A stretch of 64,000 nt of DNA from an uncultured Candidatus Actinomarina sp. (GCA_902582695.1 CACHTH010000005.1:4955-68954), one strand, 5' to 3'; positions 19,586 to 29,581 are shown, numbered from the stretch's first letter. Notes: a model not told the origin generated them from the sequence alone. Numbers and translations are program-made.

Positions 19586-20503
19586 TTGTTAGATCAACTT
19601 GGTAATGGGCTTCTATTAGGGATAATAATTTCTGTTGCTTCTGTTGCACTTTCTTTGTTATATGGTGTCACAAGAATCGTTAATTTTGCTCATGGAGAAA
19701 TTATTGCTCTAGGTGCAATTGCTACCTTATTTTTCTCAAGCCCACTTGATTACAGAGTATTATTTTTAGAGAAATTTTCACCTTTAGGTCTAAATTTTGC
19801 AATTTCATGCTTTTTAGCAATATTAGTGTGTGGTTTATTTGGTGGTTTATTAGAGGTATTTTTATTCCGACCTTTAAGAAAAAATGATGTCGGGAATATC
19901 GCTGTATTAGTTGTAACTATTGGTCTTTCAATATTGGTAAGACATTTATATTTACTTTTCGCTACTGGTAAAGTGCAGAATTTCCCACTTGAGTTACAAA
20001 GAAGACAAACTTACTTGTTTTTTGACATGACTCCAAGGAACTTTAATGTTTTGATTGCTGGAATAATTGTAATGATTATTGTTGGACTTCTTTTAACTTA
20101 CACTCGTTTAGGAAAAGCGATGAGAGCTGTAAGAGACTCAGAAGAACTTTCAAGTGTTTCTGGAATCAATTCAGATAATATTATTTTAATTACGTGGGTT
20201 TCATCGAGCATGTTGGCTGGGTTAGCTGGAATATTCCAAGCCACTATCAATGATGTCAGATGGAATATGGGATTTTTAATTCTACTCCTTATTTTTGCTG
20301 GAACTGTCCTTGGAGGTATAGGAACTTCTTTTGGTGCAATGGTAGGAGGACTAATGATTGGAATAATGGTTCAAGTATCGGTTGGATTACCGTTTATGGA
20401 AGGTCATACTGAAGCTAAAAATGCAGTGGCACTCGCAGTAATGATTTTAATCCTGCTATTTAGGCCACAAGGAATATTTGGTAAGAAGGAAAGAATTTCG
20501 TGA
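19586..20503 (+). CDS. livH: branched-chain amino acid ABC transporter permease
   Basis: TTG start directly after the preceding stop. LLYGVTRIVNFAHGE is the LivH-type N-terminal motif. A multi-TM protein of 305 aa. Confidence 0.85.
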   Translation: MLDQLGNGLLLGIIISVASVALSLLYGVTRIVNFAHGEIIALGAIATLFFSSPLDYRVLFLEKFSPLGLNFAISCFLAILVCGLFGGLLEVFLFRPLRKNDVGNIAVLVVTIGLSILVRHLYLLFATGKVQNFPLELQRRQTYLFFDMTPRNFNVLIAGIIVMIIVGLLLTYTRLGKAMRAVRDSEELSSVSGINSDNIILITWVSSSMLAGLAGIFQATINDVRWNMGFLILLLIFAGTVLGGIGTSFGAMVGGLMIGIMVQVSVGLPFMEGHTEAKNAVALAVMILILLFRPQGIFGKKERIS

Positions 20504-21564
20504 CATCTACCAAAATTTCATTTAGATTTATTTTTGCTTTACTTGTCACTGCGTTTTCTATTTATCTAGTATTTTTCCTTAACCCAGATGGTGCTTTAAG
20601 AATTCTTTTAAATTTATTAACATTCGCGGGTATTTACGGACTAAGTGCTATCGGTTTAAATGTTCATTTTGGATGGACTGGACTATTAAATTTTGGACAT
20701 GCTTCCTTCATGGGAGTCGGTGCTTATGTTACCTTACTATTAATGCCTCACGCAGCTGGTAGAGAAGGTGAAGTTACAACTACAGGTTTACCATTTTTTG
20801 CAGCATTAATTTTAGGCATTATGGCTGCTGCTTTATTTGGATTATTACTTGGCCTTCCAGCTATAAGATTACGGGGTGATTACTTAGCAATTGTAACGAT
20901 CGCTGCAGCAGAAATTTTTAGACTACTCGTTAGAGACTTGGAGTCAATTACAGGCGGTGTATACGGCATAATAAACTACACGGAAAATTTTCAAAAATAC
21001 AGACCTTTATTCATTGATAATTTTTCAGAAAATTTAGGATTTTCACCTTCACAAGCTTGGGTATGTTTAGCTGCGTGGGTCTCCATATTTTTTACTGTAT
21101 TGTTACTTAAGCGTTTAAGTAACTCACCATGGGGGCGTGCATTAAAAGCCGTAAGAGAAGACGAAGATGCTGTTAGAGCAATGGGTAAAAATGCAGTTTG
21201 GCTAAAACTTCAAAGCTTTATGCTTGGTGCAGGAATTGCTGGTTTATCAGGTGTACTACTCGCATTTAATTATGGTTCTCTTGAAACAACAGTCTTTATT
21301 CCGTTATTAACTTTTTATGTATGGGCAATAATGATTTTGGGTGGAGTAGGTACAATTACAGGACCAATATTTGGATCAATTGTATTCTGGGTAATTATTT
21401 CAGAGACTGACAGATTGGCCTATCTATTATTCGAAAATGCAAATGGTCAACAATTAGCAGGTGTTAGGTTTCTTTTAGTCGGAGTTTTAATTATGTTTCT
21501 TATGATATTTAGACCAAGTGGGTTATTAGGAAAGAAAGAAGAGCTACTTTTAGATGTCAAATAA
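20500..21564 (+). CDS. livM: branched-chain amino acid ABC transporter permease
   Basis: GLNVHFGWTGLLNFGHASFMGVGAY and LRGDYLAIVTIA are LivM-type motifs. Length is 354 aa, with a 4-nt overlap with livH. Confidence 0.85.
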   Translation: MTSTKISFRFIFALLVTAFSIYLVFFLNPDGALRILLNLLTFAGIYGLSAIGLNVHFGWTGLLNFGHASFMGVGAYVTLLLMPHAAGREGEVTTTGLPFFAALILGIMAAALFGLLLGLPAIRLRGDYLAIVTIAAAEIFRLLVRDLESITGGVYGIINYTENFQKYRPLFIDNFSENLGFSPSQAWVCLAAWVSIFFTVLLLKRLSNSPWGRALKAVREDEDAVRAMGKNAVWLKLQSFMLGAGIAGLSGVLLAFNYGSLETTVFIPLLTFYVWAIMILGGVGTITGPIFGSIVFWVIISETDRLAYLLFENANGQQLAGVRFLLVGVLIMFLMIFRPSGLLGKKEELLLDVK

Positions 21565-22324
21565 CCTTATTTCTGTAAATAATTTAAAAAAATCGTTCGG
21601 TGGCTTAAAAGCAGTTGACGTCCAAGAATTATCTTTTAAAGAAGGTGAGCTTACATCGATAATTGGTCCAAATGGTGCTGGTAAGACTACCTTTTTCGAT
21701 TTAATCTCCGGATTTCAAGATGCAGATAGTGGGAGTATTTTTTTAAAAGACAAAGATATTTCAAATTCACAACCATATAAAATTGCGAGAATGGGCATGG
21801 TTAGAACTTTTCAGCTTACAAAAGTTTTTGACAGAATGACAGTTATGGAAAATCTATTATTTTCTGGTTCAAATATAAAAAATGACTCTTTTTTAAGATC
21901 ATTTATTAAATTAAATTCTCAGAAATTATATGAAAGCAATCTTAGAGAAAAAGCTAATGAAATAATGAATGATTTGAATATTGGACATATGGCAAATTCT
22001 TATGCAAGAGAATTATCAGGTGGTCAAAAAAAACTGTTAGAACTGGCAAGATCAATAATCAATGAACCAGAAATTTTGCTTTTAGATGAGCCATTAGCAG
22101 GGGTCAATCCAAAGTTAGCCGAGGATATTTTATCTCTCATTACAAAATTATCTGATAGCGGAATCACAATACTCATGGTTGAACATAATATTGAAGCCGT
22201 GATGAAGATTTCTGAGAGAATTGTTGTACTAGCTGAGGGTTCACTTATTGCTGATGGCATACCTAATGAAATTAGAACGGATAGTAATGTAATTGAAGCC
22301 TATCTTGGAAAAGCTGATGAATAA
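21554..22324 (+). CDS. livG: branched-chain amino acid ABC transporter ATP-binding protein
   Basis: GPNGAGKTT, LSGGQKKLLELAR and LLLDEPLAGVNP are present. Length is 256 aa. Confidence 0.88.
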   Translation: MSNNLISVNNLKKSFGGLKAVDVQELSFKEGELTSIIGPNGAGKTTFFDLISGFQDADSGSIFLKDKDISNSQPYKIARMGMVRTFQLTKVFDRMTVMENLLFSGSNIKNDSFLRSFIKLNSQKLYESNLREKANEIMNDLNIGHMANSYARELSGGQKKLLELARSIINEPEILLLDEPLAGVNPKLAEDILSLITKLSDSGITILMVEHNIEAVMKISERIVVLAEGSLIADGIPNEIRTDSNVIEAYLGKADE

Positions 22325-23030
22325 AACAATTTTAGAATGTAACGGAATTGCAGCAGGTTATGTAAAGGGTTTAAATATTCTGCAAGGAGTTGACTTAGTT
22401 GTTCATGAGGGTGAAATTGTTTCAATCATCGGCCCAAATGGAGCTGGTAAATCAACTTTGTTAAAAGCAATTATGGGTTTAATTAAAGTATCTGCGGGTA
22501 GATTTTACATAAATGGAATTGAAAAAACTAATCTTTCAACACACAAAATTGTCACGGAGGGAATAGGCTATGTTCCTCAAGTAGCAAATGTATTTCCTTC
22601 TTTAACTATTGAAGAAAATCTAGAAATTGGTGCATGGAGTGTAAATAATAAAAAAGAATCAATAAAAAATATTTATACGAATTTCCCAATGTTATCTGAG
22701 AGAAAAAAGGATAAAGCTGGAAACTTATCTGGTGGACAGCGTCAAATTCTTGCTTTAGCTAGGGCTTTAATCACTTCACCTAACCTCCTATTGCTTGATG
22801 AACCATCAGCAGGTTTATCACCAGTAGCTATAAACGAAGTATTTGATTCTATCAAAGGAATAAATGACTCAGGTGTCTCAATATTATTAGTTGAACAAAA
22901 TGCTAAAAGAGCACTTGCGTTCAGCGATAGGGGCTACGTTCTTGATCAGGGTAGGAATGCTTATCAAGGAAAAGGTGAAGAACTACTTAATGACCCTCGA
23001 GTAATTGATTTATATCTAGGAAAATTATAA
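22317..23030 (+). CDS. livF: branched-chain amino acid ABC transporter ATP-binding protein
   Basis: GPNGAGKSTL, LSGGQRQILALARA and LLLDEPSAGLSP are present. I preferred ATG 22317 (8-nt overlap with livG) to the TTG 22293 given in the ORF track. Confidence 0.85.
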   Translation: MNKTILECNGIAAGYVKGLNILQGVDLVVHEGEIVSIIGPNGAGKSTLLKAIMGLIKVSAGRFYINGIEKTNLSTHKIVTEGIGYVPQVANVFPSLTIEENLEIGAWSVNNKKESIKNIYTNFPMLSERKKDKAGNLSGGQRQILALARALITSPNLLLLDEPSAGLSPVAINEVFDSIKGINDSGVSILLVEQNAKRALAFSDRGYVLDQGRNAYQGKGEELLNDPRVIDLYLGKL

Positions 23031-23061
23031 AAAAAAGGCCTGATTTCTCAGGCCTTTTTTT
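23031..23061. terminator. bidirectional intrinsic terminator between convergent livF and the binding-protein gene
   Basis: AAAAAA-GGCCTGA-TTTC-TCAGGCC-TTTTTTT is a 7-bp GC-rich stem. It is flanked by an A-run and a T-run, so it can terminate both strands. Confidence 0.85.
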
Positions 23062-23076
23062 AAATCTAATTAAAGA

Positions 23077-24375
23077 TTATGAACCGAAGTCTACTGATTT
23101 AAGAACTGGGTTAGTATCACCCTCTGTTGTCCAAATATCGTATGTAGCAGCAGTAGGATCACCAACTGCATTTAATTCGATTTCACCAGATGCGCCAACA
23201 TAGTCAACATCAACACCGTCTGCTGCAAGTGCTATACATGCAACTCCGATACATTTTTCACCACCAGATGATGCAGCAACTAAACCAGAAGCAATTTCTG
23301 GGCCAGTTACACCATTAGCAGCAGCTGATATTGCCATTAACATAACAGCATCATAAGCTTGTGGAGCAAAGATGAATGTTGGTGAGCCATCTGCAGAAAC
23401 TCCTGCATAAGCTGCTTCAAATGCATCTTTTGCTTCTCCTGCAGCTGAACCTGGTGCTGTACCCTTGAATCCATCAAGTGCAGTTCCAAGACCACACAAT
23501 GATGCAAGACCAGCATCTTTAACACCGTCAGTCATGTACCAAGGTGTGTCAAGAAGACCTTGTTCGAATGCAGGTTGAAGAACACCACAACCAGTTTCTG
23601 GAAATAAAATTCCAACAATAGCATCTGGAGCACCTTTACCAACAGCTGTTACTTCAGAAGTAAATTCTGTAGCATCAGTTGCGTGGTATACGATAGTCTT
23701 TACTGTTCCACCAGCTGCTTCAAAAGCTGCTGCAGTAGCTTCAGCAAGACCTCTACCGTAAGAGTCTGCTCTAGAAATTATAGAAACTGTTTGAACTCCA
23801 TCTTCTACTAAAAGAGATGCTAATACATCACCTTGAAGAAGATCTGATGGAGCAGTTCTTGCATAAAATCCTTTTTTATCAATTTTTGTAAATTGAGGAC
23901 TTGTATTTGATGGAGACACCATTACAACTTCTGCTGCAATTGCTGTGTCAAGAATAGCTAGTGAGGTACCGCTACATGCAGCTCCCATAACACCTTGAGC
24001 ACCTTGGGCAATTACATCATTTAAACTTGTAAGAGCTACAGCTCCATCACAACCACTATCACCTTCAATAAGTTGAACTGGTTGTCCGTTTATACCGCCA
24101 GCAGCATTGATTTGCTCAACAGCAAGAGCTGCACCTAGTGCAATACCAGGTCCTAACGATGCAAGGTCACCAGATAATGGCATTAAAGATGCCAAAATTA
24201 ATGGATCACCAGCAGGCGCAGGAGCAGCTGTAGTTGTAGGGGCTTCAGTTGTTGCAGGTGCTTCAGTTGTTTCAACTTCCACTACTGCATCATCACTTCC
24301 ACCATCACTACCGCCACAAGCCGCAGCAACAAGTGCTAAAATCGCAATCAAAGCCAAAGCTTTGCGATTCTTCAT
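23077..24375 (-). CDS. branched-chain amino acid ABC transporter substrate-binding lipoprotein (LivJ/type I PBP)
   Basis: I chose ATG 24375 (MKNRKALALIAILALVAAACGGS, signal plus lipobox, with GAAAGGAAAT about 8 nt upstream) over GTG 24396. An acidic/Thr/Pro/Ala linker precedes a Leu/Ile/Val-binding-protein-like fold. Confidence 0.8.
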   Translation of the reverse strand: MKNRKALALIAILALVAAACGGSDGGSDDAVVEVETTEAPATTEAPTTTAAPAPAGDPLILASLMPLSGDLASLGPGIALGAALAVEQINAAGGINGQPVQLIEGDSGCDGAVALTSLNDVIAQGAQGVMGAACSGTSLAILDTAIAAEVVMVSPSNTSPQFTKIDKKGFYARTAPSDLLQGDVLASLLVEDGVQTVSIISRADSYGRGLAEATAAAFEAAGGTVKTIVYHATDATEFTSEVTAVGKGAPDAIVGILFPETGCGVLQPAFEQGLLDTPWYMTDGVKDAGLASLCGLGTALDGFKGTAPGSAAGEAKDAFEAAYAGVSADGSPTFIFAPQAYDAVMLMAISAAANGVTGPEIASGLVAASSGGEKCIGVACIALAADGVDVDYVGASGEIELNAVGDPTAATYDIWTTEGDTNPVLKSVDFGS

Positions 24376-24501
24376 ATATAATTTCCTTTCAGTCACTGAA
24401 ATTAAAAAATCCTACTAATTTGTAGGAATTATTAAACAATAGCGGATATTTAGTACTATTCAATAGCAGAATTAAATAATTTACAAATAAAATGAATAAT
24501 A

Positions 24502-25512
24502 ATGAGTGAAATAATCGAAAATTTACTAATTGATTTATCTAATCAGCAGTATTTGGACGTATTTATGTATATTTTCATGCTTTATTTCCTCTATTTGGGA
24601 TGGAAAAAAGGGGCAGTTTTTCAAATATTTTATCTATTTTCACTTTTAATAGCTGTTTCCCTAAGTTTTCGATATTCAGATGAGATTGGTGCATACATTA
24701 GCAGTTGGTTAAATTCAAATCTACAGTTGTCAGAAGTATTTGGGGGCATAATAATTTTTGTAGCAATATTAACTATTGCATCATTTCTACAAAATTTGTT
24801 AAATAATCGTATAAAGACTTCAGATTTAGGAAGCAAAGCTTTGGGAGCAGCTATATCACTTTTAGTAAGTAATTTAATTCTGACTTTAATTTTTACTGCA
24901 CTAAACATTGTAAATCTCCCAACCTTATTTGAAAATTCGGTCAAAGAATCAAATCTTGTTAATTTCTATGTAAGCCCAGAAGGATCACCTCAACAAACTT
25001 TAGAAGTGATTATCGGTACAGATTTGTTAAAAGTTGTAAACAGGATTAATTATTTAACCGGGAAATCATCTGTAGTCGTTGATGATGATGGTTGTCTAGA
25101 AATTCCAAGATATAACGAATCCAATCTTCAGTCGCGACAAGATTTTTCTATAGAGATTTATAACTTACTTTCTCTAGAGAGACAAAATGAAAATGTTGAT
25201 GGACTTGAGTTAAATCAAATATTATCCAATGTTGCTCAAGCTTATGCATATGAAATGTATGTCGGTGGTTTTTGGTGTCATCAGAATCCAAATAATGGTG
25301 AAAGTGTAAATGAAAGACTCTCAAAAGTTGGCTTTCCTTTTACAACAGTTGGAGAAAACTTAGCAATTGCATCAACTGTAAGGTCAGGGCATCAAAGCTT
25401 AATGCAATCAGATTCACATAGAAATACTATTTTAGATAATGAATTTCGCAGGGTAGGTATTGGAGTAGTATCAGGACCGATTGGACTAATAATTGTTCAG
25501 GTTTTTTCATGA
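24502..25512 (+). CDS. membrane protein with N-terminal CvpA-like domain fused to an extracytoplasmic CAP/SCP (YkwD-like) domain
   Basis: Four TM helices resemble the colicin V production (CvpA) fold. The C-terminal region has GENLA..., SGHQSLMQSDSHRNTILDNEFRRVGIGV, which resembles the CAP-domain signature (GEN.., H..N.L...f...G.G.). Confidence 0.6.
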   Translation: MSEIIENLLIDLSNQQYLDVFMYIFMLYFLYLGWKKGAVFQIFYLFSLLIAVSLSFRYSDEIGAYISSWLNSNLQLSEVFGGIIIFVAILTIASFLQNLLNNRIKTSDLGSKALGAAISLLVSNLILTLIFTALNIVNLPTLFENSVKESNLVNFYVSPEGSPQQTLEVIIGTDLLKVVNRINYLTGKSSVVVDDDGCLEIPRYNESNLQSRQDFSIEIYNLLSLERQNENVDGLELNQILSNVAQAYAYEMYVGGFWCHQNPNNGESVNERLSKVGFPFTTVGENLAIASTVRSGHQSLMQSDSHRNTILDNEFRRVGIGVVSGPIGLIIVQVFS

Positions 25513-25808
25513 GTAGTATTGATATAAATTCTTTCGTAAAGATTTTAACTAATGGTTTAAAGTTTTACCTAAAAAATGAAAAAGTCAAAATAGAAGAATC
25601 TGATTTTCAAATATTAGAGAATGAATTATTTTCTGAATTTTCTCTTCCGTATATCAACCAAACACAAACTCCAACTCAATTTTTAAACGAGTTTATAAAA
25701 AATAAATATGATCTGAAGAAAATTATTACACCACAAAATTTAGGACCTGATGCACATGAACAAATTATGTTATGGGGCCTAACTAAAGCAAGAAAATTAA
25801 ATGATTAA
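25509..25808 (+). CDS. hypothetical protein
   Basis: A 99-aa ORF that appears translationally coupled (ATGA overlap upstream, 8-nt overlap downstream). I recognise no family. Confidence 0.45.
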   Translation: MSSIDINSFVKILTNGLKFYLKNEKVKIEESDFQILENELFSEFSLPYINQTQTPTQFLNEFIKNKYDLKKIITPQNLGPDAHEQIMLWGLTKARKLND

Positions 25809-27081
25809 TTCTGTTAGAAAAGACATATGGATTAATTCTTATCCAATATTTCTATGGCTTGCGTTGGAACCAATAGTAGGGTTAATTGATTCAAAAATAG
25901 CAAGTATTATAAATCTAGATACTCTCTCTGCAATTGGGATTGGTGAAACAATTTATTTTGTTTTCATCTGGGTTTTTATATTTTTAGCGTACGGAACAAC
26001 ACCACTTGTATCATCATTAAATACTAAAAATGAAGTAAATAAATTAAATTATTTCATAAAGTTTGGAAGAAATGTATCTATATTATTAGGTTTAATTTCA
26101 TTCTTTATTCTTTATTTAAGTAGTGACTTTTTTATTTCTACATTTGAGCCAACCAGCAAGATCAAAGTTTTGTCATCTGACTATCTGATTTTTAGGTGTG
26201 TTGGATTACCATTTTACTTAGTAAATATGCACTCAACAGCTGTTTTAAGGGGCCTTAAAGTAGCCAAGATCACTTTTTATAGTGCTTTTATAGTTTCAGC
26301 TTTCAATATAGTTTTTAGCTTGTTTTTTGGTTTATTCTTAGGTTTTGGTGCAGCTGGAATTGGTTTTGCAAGCTCACTTGCGTTCTTTTGTGCATCAATT
26401 TATTCAACTTTCGTATTAAAAAAACACCAAAACACTCTTTCCTCGACAAGTGAAAATGTTGACAAAGTTAGCATGAGAAAGAAATTTTTTAGTGTTGGTG
26501 TTTACATACTCATTCGGTCACTATTTTTGACTCTTTTCATGGCCTACTTAAGAAATAGGTCTTCATTAATGTCAATGGAAGAAATTGCTCTACAGCATAT
26601 TCTTTTACAACTTTGGTCTGTTGGATATATTTTTGTCGATGCAATTGCAATAGCCTCACAAACTTTAATTTCTGAATTAATTTCAAAAAAGGAAAAATAT
26701 CAGAAATCTATATTACAAAAAGAACTTATTTCTGTAACAACTTTAATTTCAATTTTTCTAACCGTAGCAACAGTCATATTTCTAGAAGATTTTGTACAGT
26801 TATTTGCTGCTAGTAGTTTTGATTCATTGCTAAATACAAATTTAAAATTGATGGTAGCTGCAAGTTTGTTTATTGGTTGTTTTGCATTTCTTTGGGATGG
26901 AATTTTGTTAGGACTTGATAAGTCAAAAGAGTTCTCAATGTTGACTGTAATTTCTTCAATTTCAGGATTTTTAATTTGCAGTTATCTTCTAAGAACTGAA
27001 AATACTATTTCAACACTTTGGTTAAGTTTAAATGTTAGTTTGGTAATTAGGGCAGTATTAGGATATGTATATCAAAAATAG
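25801..27081 (+). CDS. MATE-family efflux transporter (DinF-like)
   Basis: A 426-aa protein with about 12 TM helices. The N-terminal segment PIFLWLALEPIVGLIDSKIASIINLDTLSAIGIG resembles the MatE repeat (...l...vD...vg.lg...laa.g.). Confidence 0.6.
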   Translation: MINSVRKDIWINSYPIFLWLALEPIVGLIDSKIASIINLDTLSAIGIGETIYFVFIWVFIFLAYGTTPLVSSLNTKNEVNKLNYFIKFGRNVSILLGLISFFILYLSSDFFISTFEPTSKIKVLSSDYLIFRCVGLPFYLVNMHSTAVLRGLKVAKITFYSAFIVSAFNIVFSLFFGLFLGFGAAGIGFASSLAFFCASIYSTFVLKKHQNTLSSTSENVDKVSMRKKFFSVGVYILIRSLFLTLFMAYLRNRSSLMSMEEIALQHILLQLWSVGYIFVDAIAIASQTLISELISKKEKYQKSILQKELISVTTLISIFLTVATVIFLEDFVQLFAASSFDSLLNTNLKLMVAASLFIGCFAFLWDGILLGLDKSKEFSMLTVISSISGFLICSYLLRTENTISTLWLSLNVSLVIRAVLGYVYQK

Positions 27082-27082
27082 T

Positions 27083-27727
27083 CTAGTCAACTGCCTTTAA
27101 GACTGGTCTATCTAGGTAGTAGCTCAAAATTTGTAATTCTTGGGAGAGGTCAACCGATCTTATTTGTACATCTGGTACATTTTTGAGAAGTACGGGTGCA
27201 AAGTTAAGAATTGATCTTACTCCACATCCAATTAATTGATCTGCAACACCTTGAGCATATTCGCCAGGAGTCGCAATTATTCCAATTGCTACATTGAATT
27301 TTTCACAGTACTTTTCTAAATCACTTAAAGGTTTGATAACTAAACCTGCAACTTGACTATTAATTTTCTTGGGATCATCATCAAACAGTCCAACAATTCC
27401 AAAACCTTTTTCTCTAAATCCACCATAATGTGCCAAAGCTGACCCCAAATTACCAATACCTACAATTACGGCACTCCAGCCTTCAACAAGGCCAAGTTCA
27501 AGCTGAAGTTGATTTCTGAGAGTAGAGATATCATAACCAACACCTCTTGTGCCTAGGGTACCAAGATATGACAAATCTCTTCTAACTTGAGCATCATTTA
27601 CTTTTGCTAGTTCAGCTAACTTACTTGATGAAATACCAATATCATCATCACTAACTTGATCTAGGCACTGTAAATACAGAGGCAATCTCTTTACCGTAGC
27701 TGGTGGTATTTTTTTATTTTCTTTCAC
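27083..27727 (-). CDS. rex: redox-sensing transcriptional repressor Rex
   Basis: It has an N-terminal winged helix (TVKRLPLYLQCL...ISSSKLAE) and a Rossmann NADH-binding motif IVGIGNLGSAL. Length is 214 aa. Confidence 0.9.
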   Translation of the reverse strand: MKENKKIPPATVKRLPLYLQCLDQVSDDDIGISSSKLAELAKVNDAQVRRDLSYLGTLGTRGVGYDISTLRNQLQLELGLVEGWSAVIVGIGNLGSALAHYGGFREKGFGIVGLFDDDPKKINSQVAGLVIKPLSDLEKYCEKFNVAIGIIATPGEYAQGVADQLIGCGVRSILNFAPVLLKNVPDVQIRSVDLSQELQILSYYLDRPVLKAVD

Positions 27728-27834
27728 TAATGCACAATCTAATTAGATACTGAAATTATATGTAATTATTTAAAGTTATTTATTAGCTTTATTTAGTTTC
27801 GTATTAATGGAAATACAATGTAAGTTAATAAAAT

Positions 27835-29100
27835 ATGGAAAAAAGCCCTAAAAATTATGACGTTTTAATAATTGGTGCCGGCCCAGCTGGTGCAAATGCT
27901 GCTATTTCTTATAAAAACTTAAATCCCAACTTAACAGTTGGATTAGTTGATAAAGCTATATTTCCAAGAGATAAATCATGTGGTGATGCGATTGGTCCTG
28001 GAGTAATAAGTGCATTAAAAAGATTTAACAATGAGCATATTTTAGATGGTGAGCCACAAGTTGTTTCAACTACTCTTTACGGGCCGGACAACATTGGTAT
28101 TCAAAATTATATTCCTGAAGTAAAAAATAAGGAAGATTCAATCGTATATGTTATTCCTCGGGTAGACCTAGATAATAGAATATTGGACTTAGCTAAGGAA
28201 TGTGGAGTTGATGTTTATGAAGGATATAGTTTTGTAGACTTTACTTCTAATTTGGACAAAAGTTTAAATGTACAAATCAAGAATGAAAATGAAAACCTAG
28301 AATTTTTAACAAAGATTCTTGTAGGGGCCGATGGAGCAAATTCAAGAATCAGAAAAAAATTAAGTTATAAATCGAATTCTGATTGGCATAAAGCAATTGC
28401 CATAAGAGCCTACATTGATAGTCCTAATTACCTAGAGGTATTCAATGAGAGGACGCTAATGTTCGAAATAAATGTATCCGCAGACAAAGGATATGCTTGG
28501 GCATTTCCAAGCAAGGGTAATTTGTTAAATATAGGAATAGGTGTTCCGGTAAGCATATTTAAAAAAGACAAATTAGATATTAATGTACTGCTTGATAATT
28601 TTGTATCTGAGCTTGAAAGCAGAGGAGTAATTGTTGAAAATATTAGAAAACAAAAATCATATTTACTTCCTTTTGCTTCATCGAGACCAAAGCGAAATAA
28701 AGATCTAAATATTGCATTAATTGGAGATGCAAGCTCTATGATAAATCCGATGAGTGGAGAGGGTATATTCTACGGCATGGAAGCTGGTTATTTATTAGCT
28801 AAAAATACACATGAAATAATTCATTCATCAAAATTAAGTGATGGAATTGACTTATACGAAAAAGAGTTCAGCAAAAGATTCAGAAAACACTATTTAAGCT
28901 GTGCCTTAGCAAGACTAATTTTACAGAGTCCATTTATGACCAAAAGATTGTTAAGAGTTGCCTCAAATGATCAGGATACAATTGACTTTGTTGTGGAATT
29001 ATTATTTGACGAAGCCTATCTTACGTTAAAAGAAGTCTTCAAAATAGCTTACAAATTTATAATTCCAACAAAACTTTTAGTACTTAGTTCAAAAAACTAA
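27835..29100 (+). CDS. geranylgeranyl reductase-family FAD-dependent oxidoreductase (MenJ-like candidate)
   Basis: YDVLIIGAGPAGANAA (the FAD GxGxxG motif) and LIGDASSMINPMSGEGI (the GDA...P..GEGI motif of this family) are present. Length is 421 aa. Confidence 0.8.
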   Translation: MEKSPKNYDVLIIGAGPAGANAAISYKNLNPNLTVGLVDKAIFPRDKSCGDAIGPGVISALKRFNNEHILDGEPQVVSTTLYGPDNIGIQNYIPEVKNKEDSIVYVIPRVDLDNRILDLAKECGVDVYEGYSFVDFTSNLDKSLNVQIKNENENLEFLTKILVGADGANSRIRKKLSYKSNSDWHKAIAIRAYIDSPNYLEVFNERTLMFEINVSADKGYAWAFPSKGNLLNIGIGVPVSIFKKDKLDINVLLDNFVSELESRGVIVENIRKQKSYLLPFASSRPKRNKDLNIALIGDASSMINPMSGEGIFYGMEAGYLLAKNTHEIIHSSKLSDGIDLYEKEFSKRFRKHYLSCALARLILQSPFMTKRLLRVASNDQDTIDFVVELLFDEAYLTLKEVFKIAYKFIIPTKLLVLSSKN

Positions 29101-29148
29101 TTAGCGAAATAATTTAACATATTATTGGTAGTACAATAAGAGTATAGC

Positions 29149-29166
29149 TTGTGAAAAATTTCACAA
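29149..29166. promoter_or_regulatory. Rex operator (ROP site) in front of nuoA
   Basis: TTGTGAA-AAAT-TTCACAA is a perfect 18-bp palindrome matching the Gram-positive Rex consensus TTGTGAAnnnnTTCACAA. It lies 14 nt upstream of the nuoA ATG. A TACAAT -10-like hexamer is at 29132-29137. Confidence 0.85.
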
Positions 29167-29179
29167 ATATGGAGGGAAC

Positions 29180-29581
29180 ATGTTAGATTGGCTTCCGATA
29201 CTGGTTATGCTGGTTGTTGCAGTTGGTTTTGCTTTGGCTTCACTTGGTGCTTCATATATATTATCGCCAAAAAAAGCAACGCCTGAAAAACTTGCACCCT
29301 ATGAATGTGGGATTTTCCCAGAAGTTGAACCATCTCAAAGGTTTCCAGTCAAGTTTTATATGGTTGCAATGCTTTATATTGTTTTTGACATTGAAATAAT
29401 ATTTTTATTTGCATGGGCTACAAGGTTTAATGACTTAGGATGGTTCGGCATAGCTGCCATATCAATATTTACGTTTTTTGTTTTAGAGACTCTTTACTAT
29501 GTTTGGAAAAAAGGAGTACTAGATTGGAATATTCCACGTAGAGAGAGATACTTCAAAGAAGAATTGCAGGAGGTAGCATAA
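29180..29581 (+). CDS. nuoA: NADH-quinone oxidoreductase subunit A
   Basis: GGAGGG RBS. A 3-TM protein with the APYECGIFP motif. Length is 133 aa. Confidence 0.9.
   Translation: MLDWLPILVMLVVAVGFALASLGASYILSPKKATPEKLAPYECGIFPEVEPSQRFPVKFYMVAMLYIVFDIEIIFLFAWATRFNDLGWFGIAAISIFTFFVLETLYYVWKKGVLDWNIPRRERYFKEELQEVA

Noticed and set aside
23077-24375. Locally higher G+C and different codon usage in the binding-protein genes (also 8487-9599 and 50461-51561), considered as evidence of horizontal transfer.
   Set aside because: All three are the binding components of native-looking operons with matching partners. The bias (GCT/GGT/GCA/ACT-rich) looks like high-expression codon and amino-acid usage rather than foreign DNA. 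I did not compute this.
24107-24418. An Ala/Ser/Pro-rich 103-aa plus-strand ORF.
   Set aside because: It is the antisense shadow of the Ala/Thr/Pro-rich signal and linker region of the LivJ-like lipoprotein gene. Its repetitive composition mirrors the complement of that linker.
27835-29100. The FAD enzyme considered as a carotenoid or retinal biosynthesis gene (lycopene cyclase or desaturase) supplying the heliorhodopsin chromophore.
   Set aside because: The motifs (GxGxxG plus GDA…P.SGEGI) fit the geranylgeranyl reductase family. Its position before nuo suggests isoprenoid-quinone side-chain reduction. No crtB/crtI/crtY/blh motifs were seen.
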